Positions 28,317 to 46,770 of a stretch of 64,000 nt of DNA are shown here, in pieces; the first letter of the stretch is position 1; each line of letters starts with the position of its first letter. The position numbers were made by a program, and so were the translations under genes. Under the pieces are notes generated by a model. That model was given only the letters and a program-made list of their open reading frames with translations. It was not told the DNA's origin and searched no databases. The stretch lies in NCBI RefSeq assembly GCF_009914755.1, contig NC_060931.1; one strand, 5' to 3'. This DNA is from the human T2T-CHM13v2.0 reference genome, Homo sapiens.

Positions 28317-28612
28317 CTTATTTTTAAAGTATTAAGTTCTTAAAGGTTTTTGTGTGGTTTTCTGCCTAATTGAATATGTCAATAAAAAGTCTCGTTTATG
28401 GAACACACATGACTTGCTGGGCATCAGTCTAAGCCGTTTACAAATATAAGAACATTTCATCCTCCTAATAACTCCATGGGGCAGGTACTGTTGTTATCCT
28501 CAGGTTACAGCTGGGAAAACTGAGGCATATATTGAGGAAGCCCCTTGCCTAAGATCCCACAGCTAGGAGGAATAGAGCCAGGCTACAAACCCAGGCAACC
28601 AAACTCCAAAAT

Positions 28613-28918
28613 CTTTTTCTTTTTCTTTTCTTTTTTTTTTTTTTTGAGGCAGTCTTGCTCTGTTGCCCAGGCTGGAGTGCAATGGCACAATCTCAGCTCG
28701 CTGTGACCTCCACTTCCTGGGTTCAAGGGATTCTCATGCCTCAGCCTCCTGAGTAGCTGGGATTACAGGCATGTGCTACCATGTCTGACTTTTAATTTTA
28801 GTAGAAATGGGGTTTCACCATGTTGCCCAGGCTGGTCTCGAACTTCTGGCCTCAAGTGATCCGCCCACCTCAGCCTCTCAAAGTGTTGGGATTACAACTT
28901 GAGCCACTGTGCCCAGCC
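28613..28918 (-). mobile_element. Alu (J/S) inserted at the end of a MIR (about 28400-28610)
   Basis: T-tail first, TSD ctccaaaat. MIR core gaaaactgaggc upstream. Confidence 0.9.
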
Positions 28919-31900
28919 CCAAGCTCCAAAATTTTTATGAAACTGTTTAAAACCTAAACAGAAGACCATTTTGAAGCATCAGACAGCCTCTGGAATGGCC
29001 TTGCCCTGGGTGTTTTAAGCATTCGAGAAAGGCTCGCTCCTTTCAGAGGTAGCTATGTTCTTTGGCTTGGTTTAATTCTGTTTTCAGAGACACTAGATGT
29101 AGAACAATTAGTAGATTAATTTGCTAAGCCTAATGTTTCAATGGCTGTGTGCTTAATTAGATGACATCTGTAGCAGACGCTTTTTTGTCTAAATCACTTG
29201 ATGTCAAAGTAGTGTTGAACCTGTCAGGTTTTGCCTCTCACACACTTGTTTGTGCATATTAGGATACCTACGGATATGTATGACTGGCATTGGAGAGCTG
29301 TCCTGTCCACCCACGTCTCAGGGAATCTTCCCACTATTGCCCACTTGAGCCCTCTCCAGCCACCTCTTTAAACACAACAGCTAAGTCCGTTAGAATTGAG
29401 AGTGGGAGGGATTGAAAGAAGAGAGAAACAGGAGTGTTGAGTGGTAGGTGCTTGAGCAAAAGGGTCAAGTAGAGTTGGGACTGGGGTGGCTATGTTGTGC
29501 CATGTGCAAGAGAAGGAAGAAGAAGAAGCTGGTGGAGAGGAAGGATGGTGTAGGCACACTGAGAAGCACTGATGCAGAATCATGTAGTAGCCAGGGACAC
29601 CAGCAAAGTTTCCTTGAAGGCTGGCTTCCCTTTCCTAGTTCCAGCTGTCTGGAGGCCCTTGTTCCTTGCCCTGAAGTTCCTCTTCTTGAGAAACCTGTAC
29701 CTTTACAATACACTGCCTTGACCTTTTTACTTGCACTAATTTTAATGGGCCACTATCCCTTCAAACAATCACTGTGACGAGCTTATCTGTCATTGTTCCA
29801 CACTGAATATAGGCAAATCATAAGCAAAACCCAAATGAGATATGTTGAGGAATCACCACCACCATCTGCCTCACTGGGTAAGAAAGGAAGTGCCTTTCAG
29901 ACCTGAAGTCAGTCTGTATGGGCTCTGCTTATTCTAAGTTGTGAGCAGTACCCCACTGATCCCCAGGATCTTTCTCATAATGGCTTCTGATAAATCTAAA
30001 ACATCAATACCGCTGGAGCAGGCTGTGTAAGGACCAGCTATCTACCTCTGGCCTCTCTGTGCCTAGGTGGAGGAGTGTGCTCAGATGGGAGGTATATGAA
30101 GGGAGTTCATTTCTGTTCTTCAGCTGTACCCTTTGGGGTGCTTGGACTGCTGTCCAGAGGGTGAACAGAGCTGGTTTCAGAAAAAGAATGTGTTTGGATG
30201 TCTGTCCCAACTTCCAGTGGGTAGAGGAGTACAGCTGCCTTGTGGTCATGAGGGTCCAGCAAAGGAGAACAGAGTGTGGCTGTGCATGCCACTTGCTATT
30301 ACTCCAGAATCTGCAGGTACTGGTGCATTTTCTGTTCTACCATCACTCTATGATAACCTGGACACACCTGGAAGATCTGTGCTCATCTGTGCTGCAGTAG
30401 AGAAACTGAAAGAGCAAGAAGGAATAGAATGACCCTAGAGTTGATATTTTTATTTTTTTCTTTCACTCTTGTTGGTAGGTTAGAAGAGCTGCTCTTTTAT
30501 GATATGAGCACATGTCCTGTGTGTGTCCACATGGATTGACACACACATCCTGCCACTGTCATTATTATTGTCATCCTCTCCAGAGGCACAAAATAGAGAT
30601 AACCACCTTTGGAGCAGTGTGGTTCGGGTTGATGGAGAATTGATGAACGATGATGGTCTGACATCAGCACTGAGGACACAGATCACGTTTGGGATGATTT
30701 GCTGTGTGAATGCATTGTCCTCAGAGAACAAAGTTGTCGCATCTTTGCTGACACTTGTGTATGGCCAGTTTTAGGACCTTTTGCTTTGGCTTGAGAGTCC
30801 AGCTTGTTGGAAAGGTTTTTAGATATTGTGAAGTCAAATTCTGCTTCAGAGTCTTTTATGAGATCACCTTAGACAGTGAATTCCCTCATCCTCCCCTTCC
30901 CTTGATAATTGTGCTTCAGTGACCAACCCTCTTCCCCAGAGTTCTGTGGTTACTGGGGGAAATGTGATGATTCTCCACCTTGTTCTTAATTTAGACCTGG
31001 CTCTCTGCTCTCCTCCCTGCGGATAACCCTTCAATTATACTTCAGGCACAGGTCACTCATCTAGGCTGTGGTCTCAGAGCTCCAATCCAGACCCACCTGC
31101 CTACTGACCATCCCTTAGAGACCCTACCTTCACCTGAAACCCCAAAGCCAAACTTGGTTGCACCTACAGCTTTTCCATCCAAGTCAGTTGAGTCACCATT
31201 GTTCTAGTCTCTCAGGCAAGAAATTCAGACACTCTGAACTCTTTTCTCACTTCCTCTCTATACCTGCTGTGTCAGCAAGGCCTGCCTCAGCCTCCAAACT
31301 CCCAGTGCTGTGCACAGCTATGCTTGATCTCTGGATTCTCTGCTCTTCAACCTGTCATGGCCTTCCAAACCTGAAAATGCTCCCTGTGACTCTATGCCAG
31401 GCTTTAAGTCCCTTCACAAACTTGGTATGCCCTTTTCTCATCCTTATTCCTGGAAGCCCCTCAAAATCTTCCCAGACTCAACACATCTCTGCTATGGATT
31501 TTACCTCTAAACATTCCCTGCATTTCTAAATGATACTTTATGAATTACAACTTAAGGATGGGAAGTGTGACTCCAAGGTAACTGGACTAATTCTTTGGTG
31601 TTAGGTTCTGGTTATTGGTGTAGCCACCTCTCTCATTAAATCATGAACTTTACTTTCCTGTCAATGTGCCCCGCACCTGACAGTGCCTTCCTTGTCCGTC
31701 GTAGAATTCCAAAACTGTCCTAGGAGTTGGGCGTCACCACCAATGTGCTTTGTGATTCTTCCAGATGTGTTAGTTCTGTTAGCCAGCTAGATAAAAATAT
31801 TTTTGAAGCAAAACCATACACTTCTATTCCCTCCTGCTCCCTTGGCTGCTCAGGAAATACTTTTTGAGTGCCTGACCACTCAGAGTATAAATAATTTATG

Positions 31901-33399
31901 TGTTTTTTTATATTTTGTCTTTGCTAATGCACATGCAAAATGTTTGTATTTTATAGGTGCTTATATATATCAAATTATGAACGATTAGAATGCAAGGTCC
32001 AGCTCATGGTTCTCACCCTGTTTGTGCATTAGAATCACGGGAAGGACTCAAAAAACAAGCAAATAAGAAAAAATATATGTATCACTTATATCTGGGCATC
32101 TCCCAGACCACTAAAATCAGGCTTAGGAATGTGGCCTGTCACTGATGTTAAAATCTCCCCAGTGATTCTAATTTGCAGCCCAGAGTGAGAACCCCCAGAG
32201 CTGCTGGTTTAGTCCTTTAAAATTGTAATGTGGGATCTTTTAGGATAAATATGGCCAGATCACAGCCCCTTCATCCCCTAAAGCTGAACATAAAGAACAA
32301 CCAGAATAAATAAAAATTCAAAAAGTAAAACTCAGTTAAAAAAAATTCACTAGCACCCAGGCAATGGAAGGAGCCCAACCTTGTTTTTGTGTCTTAAACT
32401 TCAAAAGATGATAGTCAAACAAAAAGACCAGATTTTTCTGGTAAGAAAGAAGAGCTCCTAATCCCACCCACTAGAGGGGATTGGCAAGATGCAGAACACT
32501 CATTGAAATTTAGGGTTTTGGAAAGAAGTTAATTGGTGAATAGGGGCAGGATGAGTATCTTTATCTCTTCCTTATTTTGAGTGGGGGTGTTGTAGGGTGG
32601 GGTGGGGGTGGGTTGTGGGATGGAGTTTGCTGGGGAGAGATGGGTGAAACAGAGGACTGGAACTAGCTCATCCCTGAATTAAGAGACAAACCCACATTCC
32701 AAAGGCTGTGTCCCCCGTACATACAGTAGATATGTCTCCTCTCCATTCAGAATTCACTGTGGTGCAGGACTTAACGCAAGTATCAGAAGACAGAGCAGAG
32801 TCCAGTCCTCTAGTAAAAGCCTCTATACACAGCTCCTTCCTCCTCCATACAGACACAAAGACACGAACAGGCTGGGCTCATATTTGGCTGGTACACACTA
32901 ATGTGGCTGTGCTGGTTATTAAAATATCAAAATACTTCCACACCACGATGGAAAGAATCACTTATCCAAGTGTCTCATGCTGTTCTGGCCACCCCAGCCC
33001 CTCTCACAAGAAGCCCGCCCCCCCACTCCAGACCACCCCCACAGACCAGCAACTACAGGAGTAACATGTGGCCCAGAGCTATGACCAACCTCTGTTCTGT
33101 CTGCTCAATGTCTGTGACATGTTGATGCTTAAATATTTTCAGTGTCATCCATTAGGAAAGTACATAGAACACAACCCTATAGGGGAAGCGAAATAGATGC
33201 CAAACAAGATGGGAAATATGTCAAGGAGAATACACTGACACTGTATGAAAGCAAATACCTGGTCTGAACAGAGCTGCTCACCTTAAACATGAGCAAATGT
33301 AAGGAAGATGGCCTGGCAACTGTGTGAGTATGCTACAGCCAGAAAGGGGATGGGGGTGGAGTGGGAAACAGGTGAAACCAATATGGAAAAAAAGCTAGT

Positions 33400-34330
33400 C
33401 CAAGAAACAAAAGTTCCCACAGGTGTGTTGTGCTCTCAGAGAACTTAGAAAACATGAACTCAATAAAACAAGCACTCAGGAGCCAGTGAAACAACAGAAT
33501 GAGATAAAAAGGCAGATGACAGAGATAAGAAAACTTCCCTAAAATAATATAGAACAAATAAATATATTCGAAATAGCAAAAAACATGGTTGAAAATGGAA
33601 TTGATAACAGAAGAAAAGGCTTGAAATGATGCAGTGAATGAAGAATTTTAAAAACAGGGATTCGAGTAATTCCTGAAAGGATAAATGTAGGAGTATCGAG
33701 ATATTCTGACATAAGAATAATTGGTGACCAAAAATAAAAAGGAACTAAAAAAGTATCTGGAGATAAAATACAGAAGATTTTTCCTGAAATGAAGGAAGGA
33801 ATCTTTAGATTAAAAGAGTGCACTATGTTGTAGGAAATCCAACAGAAAACACTTGACACCAAAACATACCCTGATGAAGATCCTGAACTTCAAGAATGAA
33901 GAAAGAATTCCTCACCATTCAGGCAGAAAAAGCAAGTCACCAAGGGACCTCAAACTTCCTTTCCACAAGATTCTGTGACGGGAAACAATGGGGGAGTATT
34001 TCCGAAGTTCTGAGTAGGAAAAAAGAATGACTCAAATGTATTATTGCCAACCAAGTCGTCAAATCTAATGTCAAGTTCTCTTAAGCAGGTAAGAACTCAG
34101 AACATAATACCTGAGTGCCTTCTTAAGGAAACCATTTGATAGGAAAGATGAACCAAATAACTCAATGATGGATGAGCTGGTAGAAAAAAAGCTGGTGGTG
34201 AACCAAGGTCAAACTGGAAATTATAGTCACAGTATAGATATAGATTATAAATATTACAAACCCTAAGATAGCTAATAAATTGGGAATGGGAGAAGGGAGG
34301 ATATAAGAGCACTAATGCCCTCTTATTTTC
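33400..34330 (+). mobile_element. Very old L1/HAL1-type ORF1-region remnant, sense orientation, hosting the 33834 exon
   Basis: A/G-rich ORF1-like motifs: gaagatttttcctgaaatgaag, gattaaaagagtgcact, caggcagaaaaagcaagtcacc, caatgggggagtatttccgaagttctga. Confidence 0.6.
33834..33856 (+). CDS. PLEKHA8: Candidate alternative terminal exon, coding part (R-NPTENT* when joined to exon 6351-6421)
   Basis: tgttgtAG|GAAATCCAACAGAAAACACTTGA. A phase-1 join gives AGA AAT CCA ACA GAA AAC ACT TGA, i.e. 440 aa, matching my recollection of a short annotated isoform. AATAAA at 34402. The pyrimidine tract is weak. Confidence 0.7.
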
Positions 34331-34401
34331 ATAGCAGAGACTTGATACTGTCTCAACTTTTTTCAAAAACACAATTTCTTAAATTTTTTGGTAATCTTTT
34401 A

Positions 34402-34407
34402 AATAAA
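34402..34407 (+). terminator. Candidate polyA signal for the 33834 exon
   Basis: AATAAA about 570 nt after the acceptor, followed by T-rich sequence. Confidence 0.55.
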
Positions 34408-34492
34408 CAGATTTCTAAAAAGAAATACGTATTGTTTCAGTTCACTTTAGTTTCTTGTCTTAAATACGAGCCAATTAGCTGAATGCTATTTA

Positions 34493-34835
<343 letters not shown>

Positions 34836-37800
34836 ATATATTTCCTCTATCTCTCTATCTCTGTAGAGACAAATCAAGAATTATATTCACCTAAAGTGGA
34901 TTACGATTATTTTTAGGTGGGTATTGATTTTGTTTTACTCTTTTTTTTTTTTGTACTTTACTATATTGCTTGACTTTTGTTTGATGCCTATGATATCTTT
35001 TTATTTTTTAATGGAGGATGGGAGGTGTTTTTCTAAAAACAAGGTTAAAAATCATTGTAGAGTGTGGTGGACCCCCGGCAGGTGCTGCTCCTTATAATGA
35101 CATTTGCTTCATAACTCCTATCAAGGTTCTTTAAAATTTCTAGCTTTATCTCACTACATTTTTTTTTCGCTGCTAATTTTTCTCATAAGCTGCTATTCCT
35201 TTACCCACACGAAGCTATTGCTCATCCAAACATTCCATTTTATACAACTCATTAAGGATTGGGACATTCTTTTGGGGCTAAAGGGAAAGACTGAATGCCA
35301 GTATGATACCTAGGGACTTGCCCAGTACATCTGAAATAAATGGAAAATTAGGGAAAAAAAGCCATTTGGAGTGGTTGACAGTCATCTTACAAGAAGCCAG
35401 AAAGACTCTTAGCAACATGGGGATTTTGCACATGAATTGGCTGCAGTTCACCGAAGGAGCTGAAAGATTTCTTTCTTTGTGCTTCTGTGAGTTTGGAAAT
35501 GAAATGTCAATCCTTTCTCTGCCCAAGTGAAATTGCTGGGCCATAGAGCATTAGTTCAGCATTAGCTTATGCTGATCAAACCCAGCCATCCAGAGATGGC
35601 AGATGAGAGAATGGAGCAGTAAACTTTATTCCACACACGTTTGTTTTAAGGACCATTCAGCCTTATGTTCATAGAAGCCCGTGGAAGCCCTGTATTCTCT
35701 TGTGGCATGTATGTGAGCAACTAAGGACCCTGTCTCTGTGTGTTACACAAGACTTTTATAAAATCCCAAATCCTCAACTTGATTTGTATGAAAAGATGAT
35801 CACAGGATTGTGGAGCTGGAAGACTCCTTCGTTCATAGTGGGAGTCATAGTAACTATTGCAAAAGATTGTTATAAGGATCAAGTCGGGAATTGTGCACAG
35901 TGTCTAGCACCAGGCAAGAGCTACAAAAACGGTGGTGGTAATAATAGTCGTTGTTATTGTTTGAAAGGGAAGTATGGCTCCATCCTGCCTGGAGTTTACC
36001 TGGTGGAATAAGCCTTTTCTTATTTGTTCCACTTGTCCCTGCCCTCACAGAAGATTCACTGCTGCCCCTAGTCTCCCCACTTTGCACTGTGTGTCACGGC
36101 ACCTTCAAGTAGAAGACCCTCATCTAGTCATGTCTGTATGTGAATGTGGCACTACCATTTCCTTGCCTGAGCCCCGGAGCCAGCTGCAGTGCTCCACAGC
36201 TGTATCCCAGTTGGAGGATTCCAGAAGAATGGCTGAGCATTAGGATGCACCTGACACTCTCCATAGGACCCCATTCTCCATACTCCGGAGGACATCTGTT
36301 TTTCTGCCTTCATCTCCTCCCCTTATTCGGAGCACACTCTTATTCCTTTGAATGAACTGCCTTCTCCACTCTGAGCTCTGGTTGGGCCGCCGGTCACAGT
36401 CCCCAGGCCTCTGGCCACAGCGTGGGCATATGATCCAGAATAGGCCCATCATGGGACTTCCCTGGGACTATGTATTTAGAGACTGGGAGAGACGATCCCT
36501 TTCCCCTAGGGTTAAAGTGAGATCGAGAGAAAGTGAGGATAGAGATACGACATTTAGTCCTGAATCAAGTCATGCCTGGGGCCACCTCCATGCTTGCTTT
36601 TTCTGGTTATGTAAGTCAGTAAGTCCCACTTTATTTAAAGTTCATTGGAATTAGGATTCTATCACTTGAAACCAAAAGAAGCCTGATAAGTTTTCAAATA
36701 AGTCCAAGATATGCCTTTGGTGAGGTTACCAGATTTTCTCTCAATGCTTTCCTCCTCTGCATAACATATGGGCACGTTATTTTACAGTGGGGTTAACAGA
36801 AGAAAATTGAGAAACATGCCTAAACTGGGGCCAACTGGGGTCCAATTTCAGTTATAACTATTTGGTCTGCTGCAGCATCAGGACACTGGCTGTTAGCTTT
36901 TACTTCTTTCCTAAATAACAATAATAATTATGAATACTTATGAACTACCAACCACTGTGTGAAAAACTTCCTATAGGTTCTCACTTAACCCTGAGAGTAG
37001 CTGTGAAGTGGACACTATTATTAACCCCATTTATAGGTGAGAAGAGGAAATGTTGCTTGTCTTGCTCAAGGTGGGTGAGAAAGCACATGAGTGGTAGGAC
37101 TGTGAGCCCAGACAGCCTGCCTCTAAGCCCACAGCCTTACCACTATGTGGCTATGTCCTGTGATGTAAGACAGAGCGGAGGCTGGAATCAGACCACGGGT
37201 CAAATCCCAGCACTGCCACACCCTCACCATGGGATTTTGAGCATGTTAGTTAACATCTCTGGATTCCCTTTCTCCTCTGTAAACTGAGATAAAGAGATTG
37301 CACAACCCTGCTCATAAGATTCTTGCAAGGACTAAATGAGGCAGGGGATGTAAATCGCCTGGCATGTTGCCTTACTCTCCTGGACAGGCAAAAGCTTGGT
37401 GTTTCCATCATGACCCACTTCTGAGTCTCCTAAGCTCAGCTGCCTGCCGCATGCATGGGTACTCAGCTCCAAGCAGCTCCTCTGCTTCCTTCTCATCTTC
37501 CTGGGTGTGAGCATGGAAACCACGTTGGACTTGGAATGGTCAGATTGGACTCTGGTCTGCCTTTCAGTTTACAAACTGGGTCACCTTGGACAAATCCTTT
37601 AACCCCTTGATCTTTTGTTTCCTAGTCAGTGAGACTGAGATGGTGTTGTTATGAGGATTAGCTGAGATGACACATTGCTAGCATATAGCACTGTGCCTGG
37701 CACATGGCTAGTACTAGTTAAGTTATGATGGAATGGTTAGGGGACATATGTACCTGTTTCTGACAGATAGCTAATTCCTTTTCAGCTCACTCTAACTGTA

Positions 37801-37923
37801 CCTAGACACAAAGGAAATTACATTATCCGAAGGGACATCTTTAGACTGTTCATAAATGTCATCACTCATACTTAATGTCTTTTTCTTTTAAGTTCCATTT
37901 AGTTCTTTGATTTAATCTGCTAA

Positions 37924-42648
<4,725 letters not shown>

Positions 42649-42736
42649 CTGGTCTCGAACTCCTGACCTCAGGTGATCCACCTGCCTCAGCCTCCCAAAG
42701 TTCTGGGATTACAGGTGTGAGCCACCGTGCCCAGCC
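42649..42736 (-). mobile_element. AluS, 5' portion (split by the L1)
   Basis: ctggtctcgaactcctgacctcaggtgatcc...gtgagccaccgtgcccagcc. Confidence 0.92.
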
Positions 42737-43534
42737 TTTTCTTTCTTTTTACAATTTCTTACAAGTTTTTATTTTTATAAAGTACTTAAATATCTCAAAT
42801 TTCAGAAAACAAGATATTTAATCACACATCCAAACAGAGAATTCTCTAATATAGCCCCTTATCAATTCCCTGCATTGTAAGACAGTTCTTTCAGTAGAAG
42901 TGTCTCCACACCAAGCAAGAAACAAAACACCACAAACAATGAATACCTGCGGTATCCAAGTCACCAATTAGATGCCTTGCAGACCCAGAAATACATCAGA
43001 AACACTCTGCTCTCCAGGAATGTGCAGTGTAGTAATGGACATAAGACATACTCTTGAAAAACTATGCTATAAAACAGAATGTAATGCAGGTTCTCTAAGA
43101 AGTATAAACAAATGCATTAGGAACCCAGAGTGCGGAGTATGTCCTTGTAGGTGAAGGCGAGGCACAAAGTCTCCCTTGAGGTGGCAGTGAAGTTCATGTA
43201 TAATGAATGTTGTGTTCCTTGGCACTCTTTTGGCTGCAAATGACCAAAGACCTAAGTAATGCTGTTAACCAGCTCAGCCTCATCGACTTTTGTAGAGCAC
43301 TACATCCAGGGAGAATACACATTCTTTTCAAGTACATGTGGAATATACACCAAGTTATACCATATGCTGGACCGTAAAACAAATTTATAATCATTGATCC
43401 AAAGAGGAATTCTGGGAAATGGAGAGTGGCAGCAGGATAATTCTTCACTCTCTCTGAATTCCCACATGAAATAGAACAACTAGATAACATAACAAAAAAT
43501 TCATGAACAGCTTGTATAACAAAGCTAGTTATTC

Positions 43535-43947
43535 ATTTCCTAAGGGAATAGCAAATCACCACCAACCAGGTCGCTTAAAACAACAGAAATGTATCCTCTC
43601 ATAGTTCTGGAGACTGGAAGTCCAAAACTAAGGTGTTGGCAAGTCCATCTCCCTCTGAAGGCTTTAGGGAGGGATCCTTCCTTACCTCTTCCTAGCTTCC
43701 GGTGGTTGTCGGCAATCCTAGCATTCTTTGGCTGTAGCAGCATCACTCCAATCTCTGCCTCTATCTTTATGTGTCTGTTGTCTTCATGTGTCTCCAAATC
43801 TCTCTCTCCTCATAAGGAGACCTGTCATTGGATTTAGAGCCCACTCTAATTCAGTATGACCCCATCTTGACTATATCCGTAAAGATCCTATTTCCAAATA
43901 AGGTCACATTCACAGGTACCAGAGATTAGGATTTAAATATATCTTTT
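43535..43947 (-). mobile_element. MLT1-type MaLR LTR
   Basis: cttaaaacaacagaaatgtatcctctcatagttctggag...tttccaaataaggtcacattc. Confidence 0.8.
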
Positions 43948-44262
<315 letters not shown>

Positions 44263-44588
44263 ATCTTATAGAGGAACACAATTCAAATAATAACACTAGA
44301 TATCATTACACCTAAGAATATGATAATATTGTCTCCCCAAGATTAAGGAACAAGGTAAGGATATCTGTTGTCACCATAACCACTTCTATTCATTATTGAA
44401 GTTGAGGTCATAGCCAGAGCAGTAACTCAAGAAAAGACAATAAAAGGTATACAGATTGAAAAGGAAGAAATAAAAACTACTTGCAAATGATGTATACAAA
44501 TAAACCTGAGGATTCTGCAAAGACTATTTAAGCTAATAGCTAAATGTAGGATGTTTGCAAGATGGATCAATGTAGAAAAGTAAATTGC

Positions 44589-44890
44589 AGCTGGGCATGG
44601 TGGCTCATGCCTGTAATCCAAACACTTTAGGAGGCCAGGGTGGGCAGATCACCTGAGGTCAGGAGTTCAACACCAGCCTGGCCAACATGGTGAAACCCCG
44701 TCTCTACTAAAAATACAAAAATTAGCTGGGTGTGGTGGTACACACCTGTAGTCACAGCTACTCGGGAGGCTAAGGCAGAAGAATGGCTTGAACCTGGGAG
44801 GCAGAGATTGCAGTGAGCCGAGATTGCACTCCAGCCTGGGCAACAGAGTGAGACTTGGGGGAAAAAAAAAAAAGAAGAAAGAAAGAAAAG
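44589..44890 (+). mobile_element. AluSx-like
   Basis: TSD agaaaagtaaat. Confidence 0.93.
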
Positions 44891-44974
44891 AAAAGTAAAT
44901 GCATTTCTACATACCAACAAAAACAATTAGAAAATGAAATTTGAAAGACAATGCTGTTTAAGACAGAATAAAAG

Positions 44975-45357
44975 TCTGTTTTAGTCTGTTGAGGCTGCTG
45001 TAATAAAATACCATAGACCGGGTAGCTTATGAACAACGGGAGTTTATTTCTCACAGTTGTGGTGGCTGGGAAGTCTGAGATCGTGGTGCCAGCATGGTGC
45101 CAGAAACCGTGGTCGGGTTCTGGTGAGGGCTCTCTTCCAGGTTGCAGACAGCCACCTTCTTGCTGTGTCCTCACATGGAGGAAGGAGCAAACAAGCTCTC
45201 AGGGGCCTCTTTTATAAGCACAGCAGTCCCATTCATGAGAGTCCTGCCTTCATGATCTAAGCACCTCCCAAAGGCCCCACCTCCTGATACCATCACCTTA
45301 GGCGCTAGGATTTCAACATATGAATTTGGGGAGAACACAGAGATTCAGACCATAGCA
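44975..45357 (-). mobile_element. MST/MLT1A-type MaLR LTR
   Basis: ttagtctgttgaggctgctgtaataaaataccatagac...atttcaacatatgaatttgggga...cagaccatagca. Confidence 0.8.
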
Positions 45358-46444
45358 AAATTTGTAATCAGGGGAAAATTTAATAAAATATGTGCAAAAT
45401 CTTTACACACTGAAAACTATAAAAACATTCTGCGACAAGTTAGAGAAGACCTAAAGAAAAGAGCTATACCACATTCATGGGTTAAAAGATCTGATATTGA
45501 TAAGATGTCAGTTCTCAAATAGATCTCAAGGTTCAGTGCAATCCCAATCTAAATACCAGCAGGTAGATATGACACTAAAAGCATGAACAACAAAAGAAAA
45601 TAAATAAATAAATTGTACTTTATCAAATTAAAAAACTTTTGTGCATCAAAGGACATTGTCAAAGAAATGAGAAGATAACCTACAGAATGAGAGAAAGTAT
45701 TTGCAAATCATACATCTGATAAGGGACTGGTATCTAGAATCTACAAAGAATTCTTATAACTCAGCAACAGGAAAACAAACAACCCAATTTAAAAATAGGC
45801 AAAGGACTTGAATAGACATTTCTCTAAAGAAGACATACAGATGGCCAATAAGCACATGAAAAGGTGCTCAACATAGTAGGGAAATACAAATTAGAACAAC
45901 AAGGAGATACCATTTCATACCTACCAGCATGGCTATAATAGTAATTTTTAAAATGCAGAAAATGAATATTGGTGAGGATGTGGAGAAATTGAATGTCTTG
46001 TCCATTGCTGGAAAATGGTGCAACTGCTGTGGAAGCACTTTAACAGTTCCTGAAAAAGGTAAACATAGAATTACGTTATGATCCAGCAATTCCACTCCTA
46101 GGTATAGACTCGAGGAAATTAAAAGCAGAGACTTGAGGAGATACTTGTATGCCAATATCCATTGCAGCATTATTCACAGTAGCCAGAAATGGGAAACAAC
46201 CCAAGGGCCTATCAGCAGATGAATGAGTAAACAAAATGTGGTATATACAAACAACGGGATATTATTTGGCCATAGGAAAGGAATCAGGATCTGAAACATG
46301 CTGATATGGATGAATCTTGGAAATATTATGTGAAGTGAAATAAGCCAGACACAAAAGGACAAATATTGTATGACTCCACTTATATGAAATATCTAGAATA
46401 GGCAAATTCATACAGACAGGAAGCAAATCAGAGATTACCAGAGG

Positions 46445-46770
46445 GCACCCAGGTGTGGTGGCTCACACTTTAATCCCAGCACTTTGGGAGGCATAGGTGC
46501 AAGGATGGCTTGAGGCCAAGGCCCGGAGTTCCAGACCAGTCAGGGCAAACACAGGGCAAATGCAAAACAAAAGCCCTTCCCTACAAAAAATATTTTTTAA
46601 GTTAGCTGGATGTGGCGGCTCATGCCTGTAGTCCCAGCTATTCAGGAGGCTGAGGCAGAGGATTGCCTGAGCCCAGGAGGTGGAGGCTACAGTGAGATTT
46701 GATTGGCCCTCTGCACTTCAGCCTGAGTGATAGTGCAAGACCTTGTCTTTAAAAAAAAGAAAGAGAGAGA
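46445..46770 (+). mobile_element. AluJ-like
   Basis: TSD agagattacca. Confidence 0.88.

Larger units (their letters stand above)
22469..28340 (+). other. PLEKHA8: Long 3'UTR of the main PLEKHA8 isoform (end approximate)
   Basis: About 5.9 kb after the stop codon with no Alu and only one old MER5-like remnant. Ends at an AATAAA followed by a U/GU-rich element, after which MIR and Alu repeats resume. Confidence 0.75.

Noticed and set aside
30641-30673. TGATGA...CTGA resembling snoRNA C/D boxes
   Set aside because: The boxes are only 12-25 nt apart with no terminal stem, which is too short for a C/D snoRNA.
29368-31529. Cluster of 60-120 aa ORFs downstream of the 3'UTR
   Set aside because: No recognisable domain or consistent exon chain. 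The lengths are expected by chance and partly overlap L2-like sequence.
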